Below, piece by piece: positions 41,886 to 55,038 of a stretch of DNA of 64,000 bases (position 1 is the stretch's first letter; each line of letters starts with the position of its first letter). The position numbers were made by a program, and so were the translations under genes. The notes beneath the pieces were generated by a model. The model did no database searches and had not been told where the DNA came from. It was given only the letters and a program-made list of their open reading frames with translations. Origin of the DNA: Phoronis australis. Lineage: Eukaryota; Animalia; Phoronida. The stretch spans positions 1,705,128 to 1,769,127 of the forward strand of contig NMRA01000011.1 in the NCBI GenBank assembly GCA_002633005.1, given 5' to 3'.

Positions 41886-42297
41886 CTGTAAAATTCAGTC
41901 CAGTGGAAATGCACAATTCACAATAAACATTTCAATGAAACACACGCATGCTTCACCAAACAGGTGGGGGGTGACGGACCAGGCTTCTGAAGAACACTTT
42001 GCTATAAAAACCAAGTTAGCATGATTACACTATTTTAATAATGCCCAACAATTGAAAATACTAAACTACAAAAATTAAGTGTGATTCAGAGCGATACAGT
42101 GACCAATTTGTTAAAAAACAAAGTCAAGAAACAAAGTCAAGTTTAACCTGATGCATGTAACCCGGTAAGTAAAAATTGGCACAGCTCAGCACTGAAACAT
42201 ATTGAACATCTCAAGTAATTACTAAGAATCACAGTAAAAAGTTGAGTTTGACATATGTCTGCACCACAGTAAAAGCGCAAGTGACACTTAGACTCAC

Positions 42298-42371
42298 CAT
42301 TGCTATAGCAGCAGCGAGACGAAATCTGGGGGACATATAACTTGTGTTGTAAGTGTGGGCACTTCTTAGGT
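42298..42371 (-). CDS. DLAT: DLAT exon (PKKCPHLQHK...SRCCYSN)
   Basis: ttcag|A acceptor, G|gtgagt donor; phases bridge exon 1/2 to the lipoyl exon. Confidence 0.75.
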
Positions 42372-45300
42372 CTGAAAGTAGAAATGGCAGTGATAGTCAA
42401 TGACATTTACGGAGTGTTCACAAGAGCCTATGAACTTGGTGGCTAGTGCGTACCTCCAAAGACCTGCAGCATGTCTGTGTTTGCTAATTAAGATGGGAAT
42501 CCCAACTTCCAGTACTTGCACCAATGTTCCAGCGTAATATCACCAACACCTACCCGGTTAACACCATTGGTCACAAGAATTGAGCATATGCAGGCACCAG
42601 TCAAATCATCTTTAATTCAGGTAAAAGTCCACTTAATGGTAACACATAAAAATGTCCCAATATGATCGTTCACTTAATGAATGTTCAATCTCTGAAGCTT
42701 TGTCTTGGCCGCCATTAATTGTTGGAATACGCATGCACGGCCGACAACACAATGAATGACCTTCCTCAATAAAATTCTTTGTCAGTGACAAAATGGTGAT
42801 GTTTTGTTTTTCCTTTCGAATGTTCAGTCACTAAAATAGCACTTTCTGATCAGAAACTACCCAAAAGGCAAGTTAGAGTAATCAAACGTTTTCCAAGTCA
42901 TGCACGCTTAAAATCAACACTTAAAATCATAAACTTTCAACACACTCTCCTGAGGGAATGTCTTGAAACCCCATATTCACCATATTATGATGGACAAACG
43001 AAAATGCAACGTTGCAAAAAACGTTGGCATCATAGTAGTAGACGTAATGTGCAGCATACTTGTTTGGACGGACAACTTTTTGAAAATAGTAAGCAAAGTT
43101 GCGTTTTCAAATAAACACAGCGGTGTGGACAGGACCTAAGGCTAACAATAACAGCCAACCACAGTTAATTTAACTGGGTCTGTAAATAGCTAGTCGAGAG
43201 ACACGAGTTAGCAATATCAATCTGTACTGAAGACTGTAACAGGCGATTTGCTGACGGTTGCTGACTCGTTTTTGACCAGTTGAACAAAATTTGTGACCTG
43301 CGCAATAGTGTAACTTCCATCGATGCCCTCAGTGCAATAGGAAAATCCCGGCATTCCCAGGACTAATATATTGCAGCCAATTGTATTTTTCAAACAATCA
43401 ACTTGTGGAAATCTTTCACAGCATTGAGCCAAATAAGCAACAGCAATTCGTCAAAACTTTTCACATGCATTAGTGAGCAGGAAAATGATTGCTTCTGCAA
43501 CTAAAGAAAGGTTACCACCAGTGCAGTTACCAGGCCCGGTACTAATTCAGAAGTTTTATTTTAACTTATGGCCTACATGTGTAGCTTTCAGATTGATGGC
43601 TTGTCATATTTGTTTGTAAAATGTTAAAGCAATTCTGAAGAAGAAAAGGTTATTCCATAATTGCCCGGTATCAGTTTTCTTTTTACCTCTCTGAAAGCAA
43701 CTTTTGCAAATTTACACTTACCCATGGAGTGTATTTGCTTCAATGTATAGTGCAGGCCGTGTAGTACAACTGTGTAAATAGGGCTGTAAACTGTCTTAGA
43801 AATCTAAACTTTGCATGAGTAGCACGTTTTGAGAATTCACAAGGTAGGGAGATCATGGAATTTCAGGAACATTTGTTCTTAGAACAATCGTTGAAGATAC
43901 AAACACACATCAAAACCACATCTGCTAAAATAGCTACAAAACCCTCTTCCATAAGAAAAAGAACATTCTAAGATTTAGATCACCATTACTGAGATTGGTC
44001 ACAATTCGTTCCCTTAGTAATACTGGAGGTGAATTTAGGGCTTTGAAAGAACTGACAGCTCGTTACTGATTGAAATCACATTCTTCAAATGGGCTTGTCG
44101 CGGCTGGCCATTTAATCCATTAACCTGGCCTTGGTGCAAAACTACATGTATGTAAATATACATCTTTGAAACAAACAATGTGGATAAAAATGGCGAATAA
44201 AATTAACGTCAAAGAAAACTACATTTTTCTTTGAGTAAACAAATTGGTTCACTGTGCTAAAAAATTGAACACTGCTCTACCATTAATTTGCTGTTAAATT
44301 TGAGAACCAATAATATGAATTGGTTTTGAGTGTATGAAATAGAGCGTCACCTAATAGCCAACTTCCTTTTTCACCAATTCCTCAATCAACTATTACGGTA
44401 ATTCTTTCCGAGCAACGTTGCATACAGTTCACAAAAAATTACCAGAATTGCTTTCACCTTATTTTAAATTTTTAGTATTATCTTATCGTAAAACTGAATT
44501 TCTGAACAAATTTTGCTTCAGCTAACTTGTTACTTCTCTTAAAAGATAGGTCAGAAAATATTTCAAAGCAAATGGAACATGCACGTATCACTAACGTGCA
44601 CATATCACTAGCGCGCTGCCTTCCAGGCTTTCTTTATAATGAAAGCCAAAGTATGAAACAAGAAAATGACATTTATTAGCTTGTTTTACATTTAAAATGT
44701 GCGTAAGAACAGGAAAGGTGAGTGTTGGTCTACAAACAAATTTTGTACGTACCACATCCTATTGTTAGCTGTACATGCAAACTAATATATGTGAAGTGAT
44801 GAGCAGAACTAGACGGGCGGTGAGAAATGTATAGACCTATGTGCAGTAACCGCACAGCTACTTATAGCTACTTTATGCTAGTATTTATATAATTATATGG
44901 CTCGCCAGAGTCAAAATGGCCTTTAGAAAATAGATGTATGTTTCAGTTCTTTGTAAACCGATAAATCACTTCTCATCAGAGAACAGAACAAGTTGAGACC
45001 GATTTTATAGTGGGATGCAGACTAAATCAAAAGTTTGTCAGTTGCACGGAACGTGGTTTCATAGCAGCTTTAACAGTACAGAAGTGCCGTAAACATTGAA
45101 ACTGACCTTTTAGGTCAGGTTTGTTTTGATTACCTAATTGGTTGTTACGTGAACTACTCTTGTAGCTTACTGGTCTATAGTTTTGGCCAATTAGGGCCTG
45201 CTGGTGATATCCGGGTTGTCCGCTGAACCCTCGTGTTCAGCCTCTTTCATTCTTGTTACAAGTGTTAGAAGAAAGCCGTGTTTTGGACTTGTGAACTAGC

Positions 45301-45440
45301 TTTCATCTGGAGAGTTGTGAGCAGAATATTGAGAACTTTTGAGTGATTGAGAACTTTTGAGCATTAGAATCCAGTGTACATTTGGTGTGGATAGATTAGG
45401 GAATTTGTGAGTGCAGCTTGGACAGAGACTGTCAGTGGGC

Positions 45441-46132
45441 ACTAGTCGGATATAATGGACCCTAACTTATTCCAAATAAATCCACTAAATATAGGTCTAA
45501 ATCCATGATTTTGGTATCGTTGCATTCCTCAGACATCTGGCTATCCGCACAAATTCTTTTCACGACCCTCAATTACTCTAGTCTGTAACTATGCTATTCC
45601 AAACTCGATCCACTTTAGCCACGCGCATCGTTAAAGCGGCAGCCATTTCAGGGAACATACTATATCTAGCGCCATCAATCGGCGATTTGCTACAACACGC
45701 GTTGTTCCTTTTTCATCAATCAACATGGACGACGATAACATGACGATGACAGATACGATCGTGAGAGAGACGACAAAGGTGATGACGAGAGCAGACGTAC
45801 GATGATTAATAACGATGACGTTAATAATTGACGAAATTGACCAATGACGTTGACCAATGAAAAAGGAACAGCGCGTGTTGTAGCAAATCGCCGATAGATG
45901 GCGCTAGATATAGTAAGTTCCCTGAAGTGGCTGCCGATTTCACGATGCGCGTGACTAAAGTGGACCGAGTTCGGAATAGCATAGTTATACACTTGAGTAG
46001 TTTAGGGTCATGAAAAGGATTTTTACGGATAGCCAGATGTCTGAGGAATGCAACGATACCAAAATCATTCATTTAGTCCAATATTTAGTGGATTTATTTG
46101 GAATAAGTTAGGGTCCATTATATCCGACTAGT
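45441..46132. mobile_element. Foldback/palindromic non-autonomous element with about 275-bp inverted arms
   Basis: 45441-45716 is the reverse complement of 45858-46132; GAC/GAT-rich spacer; another terminus fragment near 46402. Confidence 0.9.
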
Positions 46133-46320
46133 ACCCTGTCAGTGTTGCCTGTGTTGGAGTTACAAAGTCGTGACTGAAGACAGTTTGGTTTGAGTCACTC
46201 CTACCTAGGCTATGGAGAACCCCTTGGCTGAACAGAACGTGGTATGTACTTGTGCCCTGTAACACCAGCTCGGGGAGCTCACCACACAAATATTTTGGCA
46301 TCCACATTGGGCACAATCAC

Positions 46321-46380
46321 CTAGTCCAAGATTCGAACTCGGTATCTCTTGTTTCAATGCCAGGCATCTTAACCAATCGA
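46321..46380 (-). mobile_element. tRNA-derived SINE head fragment
   Basis: Minus strand reads tcgattggttaag (A-box-like) ... gagttcgaatct (B-box-like); no intact cloverleaf. Confidence 0.4.
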
Positions 46381-46622
46381 AAAAAGCGTAATTGCCGACA
46401 CCAGTTGGATATAATGGACCCTGATTTAGAGAACCAGTTTCACCCACTAAATAACGGGCGTTATTCAGTGATTGCCTATTAGTTTGACATTCCCGTGACA
46501 TTGAATTTTGAATTCAAGTTCAATTTAGTGAGACACTAAAGTTGTTTGAAAAGGGCAGTCAATGCAGAGCTGAAAGTTGTATGATATATAACAGTAGTGG
46601 TACTGCACTACCGGATACCGAC

Positions 46623-46688
46623 CTTTGTTGCCATTGCTGGAAAAAGCTTCGTGAGCCGACGTAGAGCATCAAGTTATCTGGTGAAAAC
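46623..46688 (-). CDS. DLAT: DLAT putative exon 2 (FSPDNLMLYVGSRSFFQQWQQ)
   Basis: tttag|G acceptor, AG|gtcggt donor, symmetric phase 2-2, open frame; no homology support. Confidence 0.45.
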
Positions 46689-46778
46689 CTAAACATGAAG
46701 GCTCATGAAGCGATCACACAGTGAAGTGGGACTGTCATCAGTCCTGCTAAAATAAAATCTAAAATTCATTGAGCTCAC

Positions 46779-46894
46779 CTAAAGAGTTGGTTCTTGGCAG
46801 TTGATGTTGCTAACCTTTGACAGCTGGTTAAAGAGAGTGTTCGAATGTTTTTCTGGCGTGTAACACACCGAAATACAGCCGGACTTCGAAACAT
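46779..46894 (-). CDS. DLAT: DLAT exon 1, mitochondrial transit-peptide-like (MFRSPAVFRCVTRQKNIRTLSL...)
   Basis: Arg/Ser/Thr-rich with no acidic residues; AG|gtgagc donor; phase 2 fits downstream exons. Confidence 0.75.
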
Positions 46895-47177
46895 CTCGAC
46901 TGCAAAGGATTTATCAATATGGCGAATGACCTATTTAACAAATATAGGTCAACAATATTTATAGAATATGTTTTTTATTAATAAAAGTCATTTTGAAATA
47001 TGTAAAACTTTGATCCAGTTGGATGGATGGAAATTTATTCAATATAGAAAAAGTGCAGTTTAAAATTAACTTCTCGTAAAATCCCATACACTAGGACATC
47101 ACTATGGAGATGTAAGCGGAAGTGAAGCAGATGAAGTTTCGTGTTTGTGGAAGAGAGTAATTTAAATTTGGCCAAAT
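46895..47177. promoter_or_regulatory. Putative bidirectional promoter between DLAT and MORN2
   Basis: Divergent ATGs 283 bp apart; ETS/GABP-like GCGGAAGTG at 47116-47124; YY1-like CAATATGGCG at 46915-46924. Confidence 0.6.
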
Positions 47178-47187
47178 ATGCCGGCAG
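47178..47187 (+). CDS. MORN2: MORN2 putative first coding exon (ATG CCG GCA G)
   Basis: CAG|gtatga donor, phase 1 matching the next exon; lies beside the DLAT promoter. Confidence 0.6.
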
Positions 47188-50100
47188 GTATGATTCTTTT
47201 TCAGTAAACAAAAATCAGATGCATCATTAATAGTGTTATTTATCCTTCCAAACATGTAACGCAGCAAGTGCACTATTTCAAACAATTATATTTGATTATG
47301 TACGTGTTTCATTAGACATTACTCATTAGACTGTGTAAAATTAGCTGAGTGAGAGTGAGACTGAGTCTTGAACGGAGGACAGTTTATTGAAGAATGGACA
47401 GAAAAAGATTTCGCCAGTATGTGGTGTTCTATTTCTCCTAAACAGTGCCGCCACCTCTACTAAGCAGTGGAGACGGTGATTGGGTGATGGTCCCAGCCCA
47501 GGCCCTTCATCACTGGAAGCTTTTCGGCAAATGATGCCTCCAGCACACTGATTAAACCATCAGAGTCACGTTGCTATAGGTACATTTTGCGTATGCTGGG
47601 ATACTTTAGGAGGCCTTTGATGCCTTTAATTTCTTCCAACTCGAACACATACTTCCATAATCAAGCTTTTTTCGACCAGGCCTTCGTGTTGCCCTAATCG
47701 GCAACTGGCCATTTTTGCTCTTCACGTTCTAGAAGATATGTCATAGTTGTCATACAGTCTATATTTCTTTTTGTCAATTTTATCCAAGCCCAGGCTGAAT
47801 ATTTATTCAGTTTTGTACCAAAGCTACCGACAGGCTTTTTACTGCACTTTCAATCTTGAAACAGCAATATATTAGTAAGAAAGGAAATTAAACATTACAG
47901 GAATAATATCTACAAACAGATAGACCTGTAACAGTTTCTTGTCTCAAGGTTGACTTTTCAATTTTTTCTTAGTTAGCTGCTCCAGGTTCAGCACTTTCAG
48001 TTGCAGAACTAGTCTTAGTTGACGGTGAATTTCACTTGGTTTAAGTTGTTAAAACTGAAAATTGAATTTCACTATTAATGAAGTTAGAATCCTGAGCATT
48101 ATAGAATTCTATTTATGTTGCCTGCTCGAGTCACAGGCAAATCGTTCATGCACCATTTTTGAATTCACAATTTTAAGGAAGTTCAATGTACCCAATAAAC
48201 TCCAAAGCATTTCATCAAGGTGCTGATTGTTCCAATGTTCTCGTTTGACAAAAGTCTCATTATGTAATACCGATTTTGTGATAGTAAAATGCCTCATTCA
48301 ATCTTCATTTTTCAGTTAACCAGCCACAGGGCAATACATCTTGAGATATGTATTTTATAGTTTGCACCTGATAGTTGTTTAATTTTATATGCATATTTAT
48401 TACTATATTTCACTCACACAGCCAAGAAAACCAAAGGTATTCAATTTTCAGTTGACATGGATGCATGCTCTTGTTGGGTCCAAGTAGATCTGCAGTAACA
48501 TGGACTGGAGACCTACCTACTTGAGTTTCCACACCATTTTAGTGCTGTCAATTTTGTTGGTGTTATACTTTAAATTTGTTGTGCACACTGTTTGATTGAA
48601 TGATTTTACACTCCAAGAGGTACCTGTTGAGCAATGTTTTGTGAAAAACCAATCACAGATGATCTTTTATTTCATTGTCATGGTAATATTTCATGATTTT
48701 CTTGTTAGGTATCAAGATATTTGGTTATACACTTTGTTTTTTGTGGATGTTTTGCATGCGTGATTTAATGTCTACTTTTCTGACACATGGGTTGAAAGAC
48801 AGGAGCTATCAAGACTTGTCCAGGATTCTCTGCAGTTTGCAGAGTTATAGATACTGAATTGCAGTGCAATAGGCACACAGTAAAAATGTCACCACCAAGA
48901 TATTACCTGAAACCTGGGAGTAATATATTGGCCTTAGTTGAAACAAACCATGGCCAAATAATGAAATTATAATTGCAAACTATTGTCAAGAAGACAATGT
49001 CGGTGGCAAGAAATCAATCGCCCAATCAACTCACACCTTTCAGTTGTCAGTCAACTAACTCTGTGGGAAGTTATGTCAACTTGTGAGCTCCCCATTTCCA
49101 CTCCTATGGCTGGAGCTTGTGAGCTCCTTACCTGCACTCCTATGGCTGGTACACAAGTCCAGTATGAAAGCTTCTTTTGAATTAGTGTTTAAGTACAAGA
49201 TTTTGATGTTTGTTGTGATGTTGCTTTTCTTCTGTGATGTTAATTTTTTGCGTTCCTAATTTGTTTTATTTAAAATATTTAGCTTACCACTACCTCCACA
49301 AAACAAAGTTTCTTTTTATAAAAACATTACAACATACACAGGACGTAATATTCATTTTTACAAGACATCTTGAAAAATTAAATGTTCTCAAAGTTTTCGT
49401 GGGCATGACTAATAAAGTTTCGACAGAAACTCCTCTCATTGCATGGCTAGAAGTTTTGCTGCTTATCTATACCCTGACTTCTGTGTTAACTGGGTATGGT
49501 CCACTGCATGGGTATGTGTTTCGCAATCACAAAATAATTTTGAAATTTACTAACATTATGTTAAGGTGGTGGGTATGCTTTGGCGTTTACGGCATGATAC
49601 AACGCACCTGGAACGACACAATTAACCTTAAGGTACAAGATGTGATTTTATACGCGCGTTTTAGAGCGTTGGGCAACAACACATTTCCGTAGTTGTTTCG
49701 TTGGGGCATTGGCATACTGTGTAGTGTAGTGTGGAAAACGTGACTAAGCGGAGCATGACGAATGTTCGCGGCAAGAGGAATTAAGGTACCGACTATGTAT
49801 ATAGCTTTTGGCGTTCTTAGTGTGTAAACCGGTTTTCCGGATTTTTGCGAAATCTTGAACGTTCTGGCGTGAACACAAAAGTTATTGAATTATTATGTGG
49901 CCGGTCAATATATCTACCTAGCCTAGACGGTCTTGAAGCGCTAGTTTGATTAACGGGCTTCGTGAAAATTAAAGTAATAAGTTTTTTGATGATTCGAACG
50001 TTTAAGAAACTGTTTTGTTTTCATATCGCTTTACAAACAAATAGCCTTATAGGACCCTCATATACAAATAATTTAGTAAAACCTGAAAAATACACACCAA

Positions 50101-50320
50101 TAAAACGTGGAAAATGAAGATGAAGTTCACGTGGGCAACATCAGTGAACTGCAAATTGCAAATAGACTACTGGTTTCAAAACTACGGTCTGATTAGAGGA
50201 AATTGGTTCTAGAGCATTTTTCCGCGATTTGATGTTCTAAGTGCCATTTGCTAACTTCGCATGTCAAGCAGGCGTGTGTTCAGTAGACGCTAGGACCTAC
50301 GCTTGGACCTAGCTAAAACC

Positions 50321-50916
50321 CTCGCTGGTTCCCCGCGTGCATAGCCCAGCCAGCACGCAGGTATCACGCAGTGGCACGCGCTTTAGCATTGGTCGATGTA
50401 ACCTCGGCGGTCATTGGTTAGCTTCACAACTACGTGAAAAAATGGCGGCGGGCTGGGAACGATTTTTAGCCTTGTCTTGCAAGTGGCGTCGCAGAAACTA
50501 TTTCGTTTCTGCAGTGATGTTTAATAGCCGCGTGCTTGAAGCACATACATGTACAATAAACACATATCTGGCCGATTTAACCGGTGTGTTATTCATACTG
50601 TATGAATACAGGACACTATCGTAAACAAAAGTCATCCAAAGTAGAAAGATGCATCTCGAAAAGGCGCAATTAAGATTTCTAGGCTTCACATTTCCTGAAC
50701 ATAAATTTTAATCACCCGATTTGTCTGCACAACACACCCCATTTACACTTCAGTCCATCAGTCATACCAGTTTGTTTGCGTAAAGCGCTGCCTGTTGAGA
50801 ATTTGACTAGCCAATCAGAAACGCCGGTGTAAAAAAATTTACCGAGGAAAATTAAGTGATACCTGCGTGCTGGCGCGGCTACCGCCCCACCTAGCGGCAC
50901 GCAGGGAACCAGCGAG
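50321..50916. mobile_element. 596-bp TIR element nested in the small MITE
   Basis: TIR ctcgctggttccccgcgtgc / gcacgcagggaaccagcgag; flanked by direct repeat gctaaaacc, which is single in the empty copy near 23205. Confidence 0.85.
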
Positions 50917-51712
50917 GCTAAAACCTAGTCAAAGTCACGTGTTCTCATTTAAAATACCCAGCAATATCTCACGTAATCTCGCGAAGTCTTGCTTTTTAGC
51001 GAGGTTCTAGCGTTACTGAACGGGAGGCAGTTGTGCTTTGCTCAGCATGTGTTATGTCGGACGCTGTTTCGTCTTCTTTTAGTTTAGCATTTCACAAAAC
51101 AAGTTTATCAATACGTTTGGACTAAATGATGTGAGTTTAAAAACTCACATTAATTAGTACAAGCGTTTCCAAAAGACGCATTGTTAACAAGTCACTATAC
51201 TTTTCGAAAATAAACTTGACATGTGTGTTGATGGTCAAGTTTTAAATTAATCATTGGTGGTCCGCCGATTGGCCGCCGCAATTAAACGACGCTGAACACT
51301 ACTTTTTAGTAATGATACACGAGTCTAAGATAACGTGATATTTTTAGGCGACTTCCACGCTAAGATTTTACGTTTTTACACGTTTGATTCCACTGACGCA
51401 TTCCACCTCATTGGTATTGAACTTCGTTATGCACTTGCCACTTTAGCGTATTAAACTTTCAACATAGACACTTATGAACATTTCTAGCCTAGACTGTTGG
51501 TTTTTACTGGTTTTCCCACGCTAGCGTGTCACAGCGTATTACGGCAAACTTTGCCCGTCGTATCAAAATGTTGACTTAGCCTTTTCTCAGTCAAAGTGAC
51601 CAATCCATAACTCTTTGGTTGTTAACGTAGGTGTGAATATGCATGCGTATTTACGACTTGCGAAAGTCTCTGCTTTCTGTAAAGCTCAATTGTTTAATTG
51701 GTTTATTTACAG

Positions 51713-51796
51713 AGAAGAAAAAGGATCGGAAGAAAGAAGATGGCACACCTGTTGTCTTGACTGGAGTTTTTGTTTTTCCCAATGGAGATAAATATG
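51713..51796 (+). CDS. MORN2: MORN2 exon (KKKDRKKEDGTPVVLTGVFVFPNGDKY)
   Basis: tacag|AG acceptor, G|gtagtt donor; MORN motif FPNGDKY. Confidence 0.88.
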
Positions 51797-51812
51797 GTAG
51801 TTGAGTTTCAGA

Positions 51813-53743
51813 TTTTATTATGCGCCCACATCTTTATAACTATGCCGTCATCTCTGTCCGTCCGTACGGGCGGCGTCCGTCCGGCGTCCGGAGTCCGGCG
51901 TCCGCTGCTCTATCTCCAAAACCCTTTGACATACGTTCATGAAATTTGGCACATATGTTCCATTCATGAATGGGACGGCATGTGCGAACTTTCGGACGGA
52001 TGCGACTACCGGTGGCAATTTTAGTTTTTTACGCTTGACTTTGTATCTCAAAAGTCCTGGACGGATTTTCATGAAATTTGGTATGTAGGCACCTATTAGT
52101 GAGGTGACGCTATCCTCCCGTTTTCAGATGGATTCGACATAGTTTGCACCACCTGGTGGCCATTTTTAGTGTTTTCAAGTCTGTTTTTGTGCGTCCACCC
52201 CTCTATCAACCAAACCGCTCAAAGGATGATTGTGAAAATTGGCATGTATATGTTTACTATGTAGAGGACGGTTGACGATGATTTTCCGACGATTTCGACT
52301 ACTGTGGCGCCTCCTAGTGGCAGTTTTGTTTTGTTTTTGCGCCTTTGACTGTATCTCCTAAACCGTTTGCACGATCTTTACGAAATTGTGTAAGTATATT
52401 TATATGATGTTAACAACGGAATATGACGACTTTTGGACCGATCCGACTACAGGTGTGCCTCCCAGTGGCAATTTTAGTTCTTTACGCTTACCTTTGTATC
52501 TTCAAAAGTCCTGGACGGATTTTCATGAAATTTGGTATGTAGGCACCTATTAGTGAGATGACGCTATCCTCCCGTTTTCAGATGGATTCGACATAGTTTG
52601 CGCCACCTAGTGGCCATTTTTACTGTTTTCAAGTCTGTATTTTTGCGTCCACCCCTCTATCAACCAAACCGCTCAAAGGATGATTGTGAAAATTGGCATG
52701 TATGTGCTTACTATAAAGAAGACAGCTGACAATGATTTTCAGACGATTTGGACTACTGTGGCGCCTCCTAGTGGCAGTTTTGTTTTGTTTTTGCGCCTTT
52801 GACTGTATTTCCTAAACCGTTCGCAGGATCTTTACGAAATTTAATAAGTGTATTTATATGATGTTAACAACAGACGATGACAACTTGTGGACGGATCCGC
52901 CTACCAGTGTGCCCCGTAGTGGCAATTTTATTTTTTTACGTTTACCTCTGTATCTGTAAAAGTCCTTAACGCATTTTCATGAAATTTGGTATGTAGGCAC
53001 CTATTAGTGTGATGACGCTATCCTTCCGTTTTCGGATGGATTCGACCTAGTTTGCGACACCCAGTGGCCATTTTTACTGTTTTTGAGTCTGTTTTTTGGC
53101 GTCCACCCCTCTATCAACCAAACTGCTCTAAGTATGATTGTGAAAATTGGCATGTATGTTCTTACTATGAAGAGGACGGTTGACACTGAATTTTTAGTGT
53201 GGCGCCTCCTTGTGGCAGTTTTTTTTGCGCCCATGGCTGTATCTCCCAAACCGTTTGCAGGATCTTTATTAAATTTAGCAAGTGTATTTATGTGATGTTG
53301 ACAACGGACGATGACGACTTTAGGATGATTCGGTATGGCTCTAGTGGCATTTAAGTATTTTACTTTGACCTCTGTACTTTCATAGGTCTTAAGGTGTATA
53401 CTTGTGTTACTTCATGACTATGAAGGAAAAGTTCCAAGTAGAAATTTGTTTCTGGCATTCTAATGCTGTGCTAATCTCGTATGTTGGTAAATTTGTTTTT
53501 AATTCTATGTTTCTGTGGTGCTTTAAGCAACTGATGTATAGGATGTGCTTGTATTATGAAGATCACTCACATTTTGCCCCTAGCCTATTGAGGAGACAAT
53601 GACCATGCCTTTCCATTTTGCAAAGTACAACATACTACACATATGCCCTCTACTGGCCACTTTATGGTACCAATAAACAACCCTAGAAGGATACCGTATA
53701 CGGTGCAATTGTGGGCGCATTTCAACGCTCTGCGTTGCTCTTG
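51813..53743 (+). mobile_element. Helentron-associated (HINE/DINE-1-like) element with an internal 454-bp x 3 tandem array, in MORN2 intron
   Basis: T-run then subTIR atgcgcccac (51820) / gtgggcgcat (53711); GTCC microsatellite 51856-51904; 3' hairpin caacgc-tct-gcgttg. Confidence 0.85.
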
Positions 53744-54221
53744 CATTTAGTAATTTGTGATGCCTAACATGTGTGATAAGATGGTTAATTTCGACTTCTC
53801 GTGGGCTATTCTATTTAATTTTGATTCCCGAAGCCCGTCATTTGTGTCTGTCAGCAGTATGCGTCAGCACTGTCTTGCCGAAGACACTGGGCAGCTGTTT
53901 CACTTCCAATATGTGACAAAACTTCACCTCTGTCGGTGGTTGGAATCTTTTTCGAGTATATTTAACTAGGCAAGTAACACTAAAATTCAGCAGTTGCTGT
54001 AATGGTCAAGTGGGGTTAAACGATAGGTTTTGGTGTTGAAAATTTCAGCCTCAAATTCATTTTATTTCAGTTCGAGTTTGAACTCTGATGTGACACTTCA
54101 CGGGGTCAAGGGACCATTACAAATGCCGTAATTTTTATCATTTTCGTCGGATCTCTTAGTATTTTAGTTTATTTTTAAAAGGATTAGCTAAGTAGGCGAA
54201 CAAATATATTAATTATATTAA

Positions 54222-54569
<348 letters not shown>

Positions 54570-54935
54570 TAATATATGGAATATTGAAAACTGGATGTCG
54601 TTGTTCAATTCAGAGAAAATTCTGCTGAAATGTTTTAAAACGATTGGTAGGAACGTCACAGAAACCAACAGAGTCGCATAACTGTTTTCAAGAGCAAACG
54701 ACGACTGAAACTCTAAAAATGAGTCTTTTTAAATATATGCTGGTCAGAATTCAATCTTTTCCACTACCACGGTAAAATAAATTAACCAATTAAGGTTTTG
54801 TAACTTCATCAGTTTATTCTTATCTGATTTATGTCTCAATATCGTCATAAATAAACAAATGCCAGGTGATCAAACGACTGCGTGATCCCCTTTGAAGTGC
54901 CGTTTGTTTTAACGGTTCATTGTTTCAACTTGCAG

Positions 54936-55038
54936 AATGGAAGGTGAAGGAGAATTTACAGACACAGAAAATCAAGTGTGGACAGGCACGTTTCGATTTA
55001 AAGCAGCACCAGGACTGAGGTTTAAACTCGATCTTTGA
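54936..55038 (+). CDS. MORN2: MORN2 last exon (MEGEGEFTD...[11 protein letters not shown])
   Basis: tgcag|A acceptor; C-terminus resembles MORN2 as I recall it; total about 146 aa. Confidence 0.9.

Larger units (their letters stand above)
35286..46894 (-). other. DLAT: DLAT gene span: pyruvate dehydrogenase E2, about 531 aa, 11 coding exons
   Basis: complement join(46894-46779,46688-46623,42371-42298,41885-41659,39636-39331,38986-38840,38265-38180,37839-37699,36823-36742,36350-36130,35415-35286) = 1596 nt. Contains a lipoyl domain, Pro/Ala linker, subunit-binding domain and the DHRVVDG catalytic motif. Confidence 0.95.

Noticed and set aside
49234-49692. 152-aa ORF in MORN2 intron 1
   Set aside because: AT-rich, no recognisable domain or splice context.
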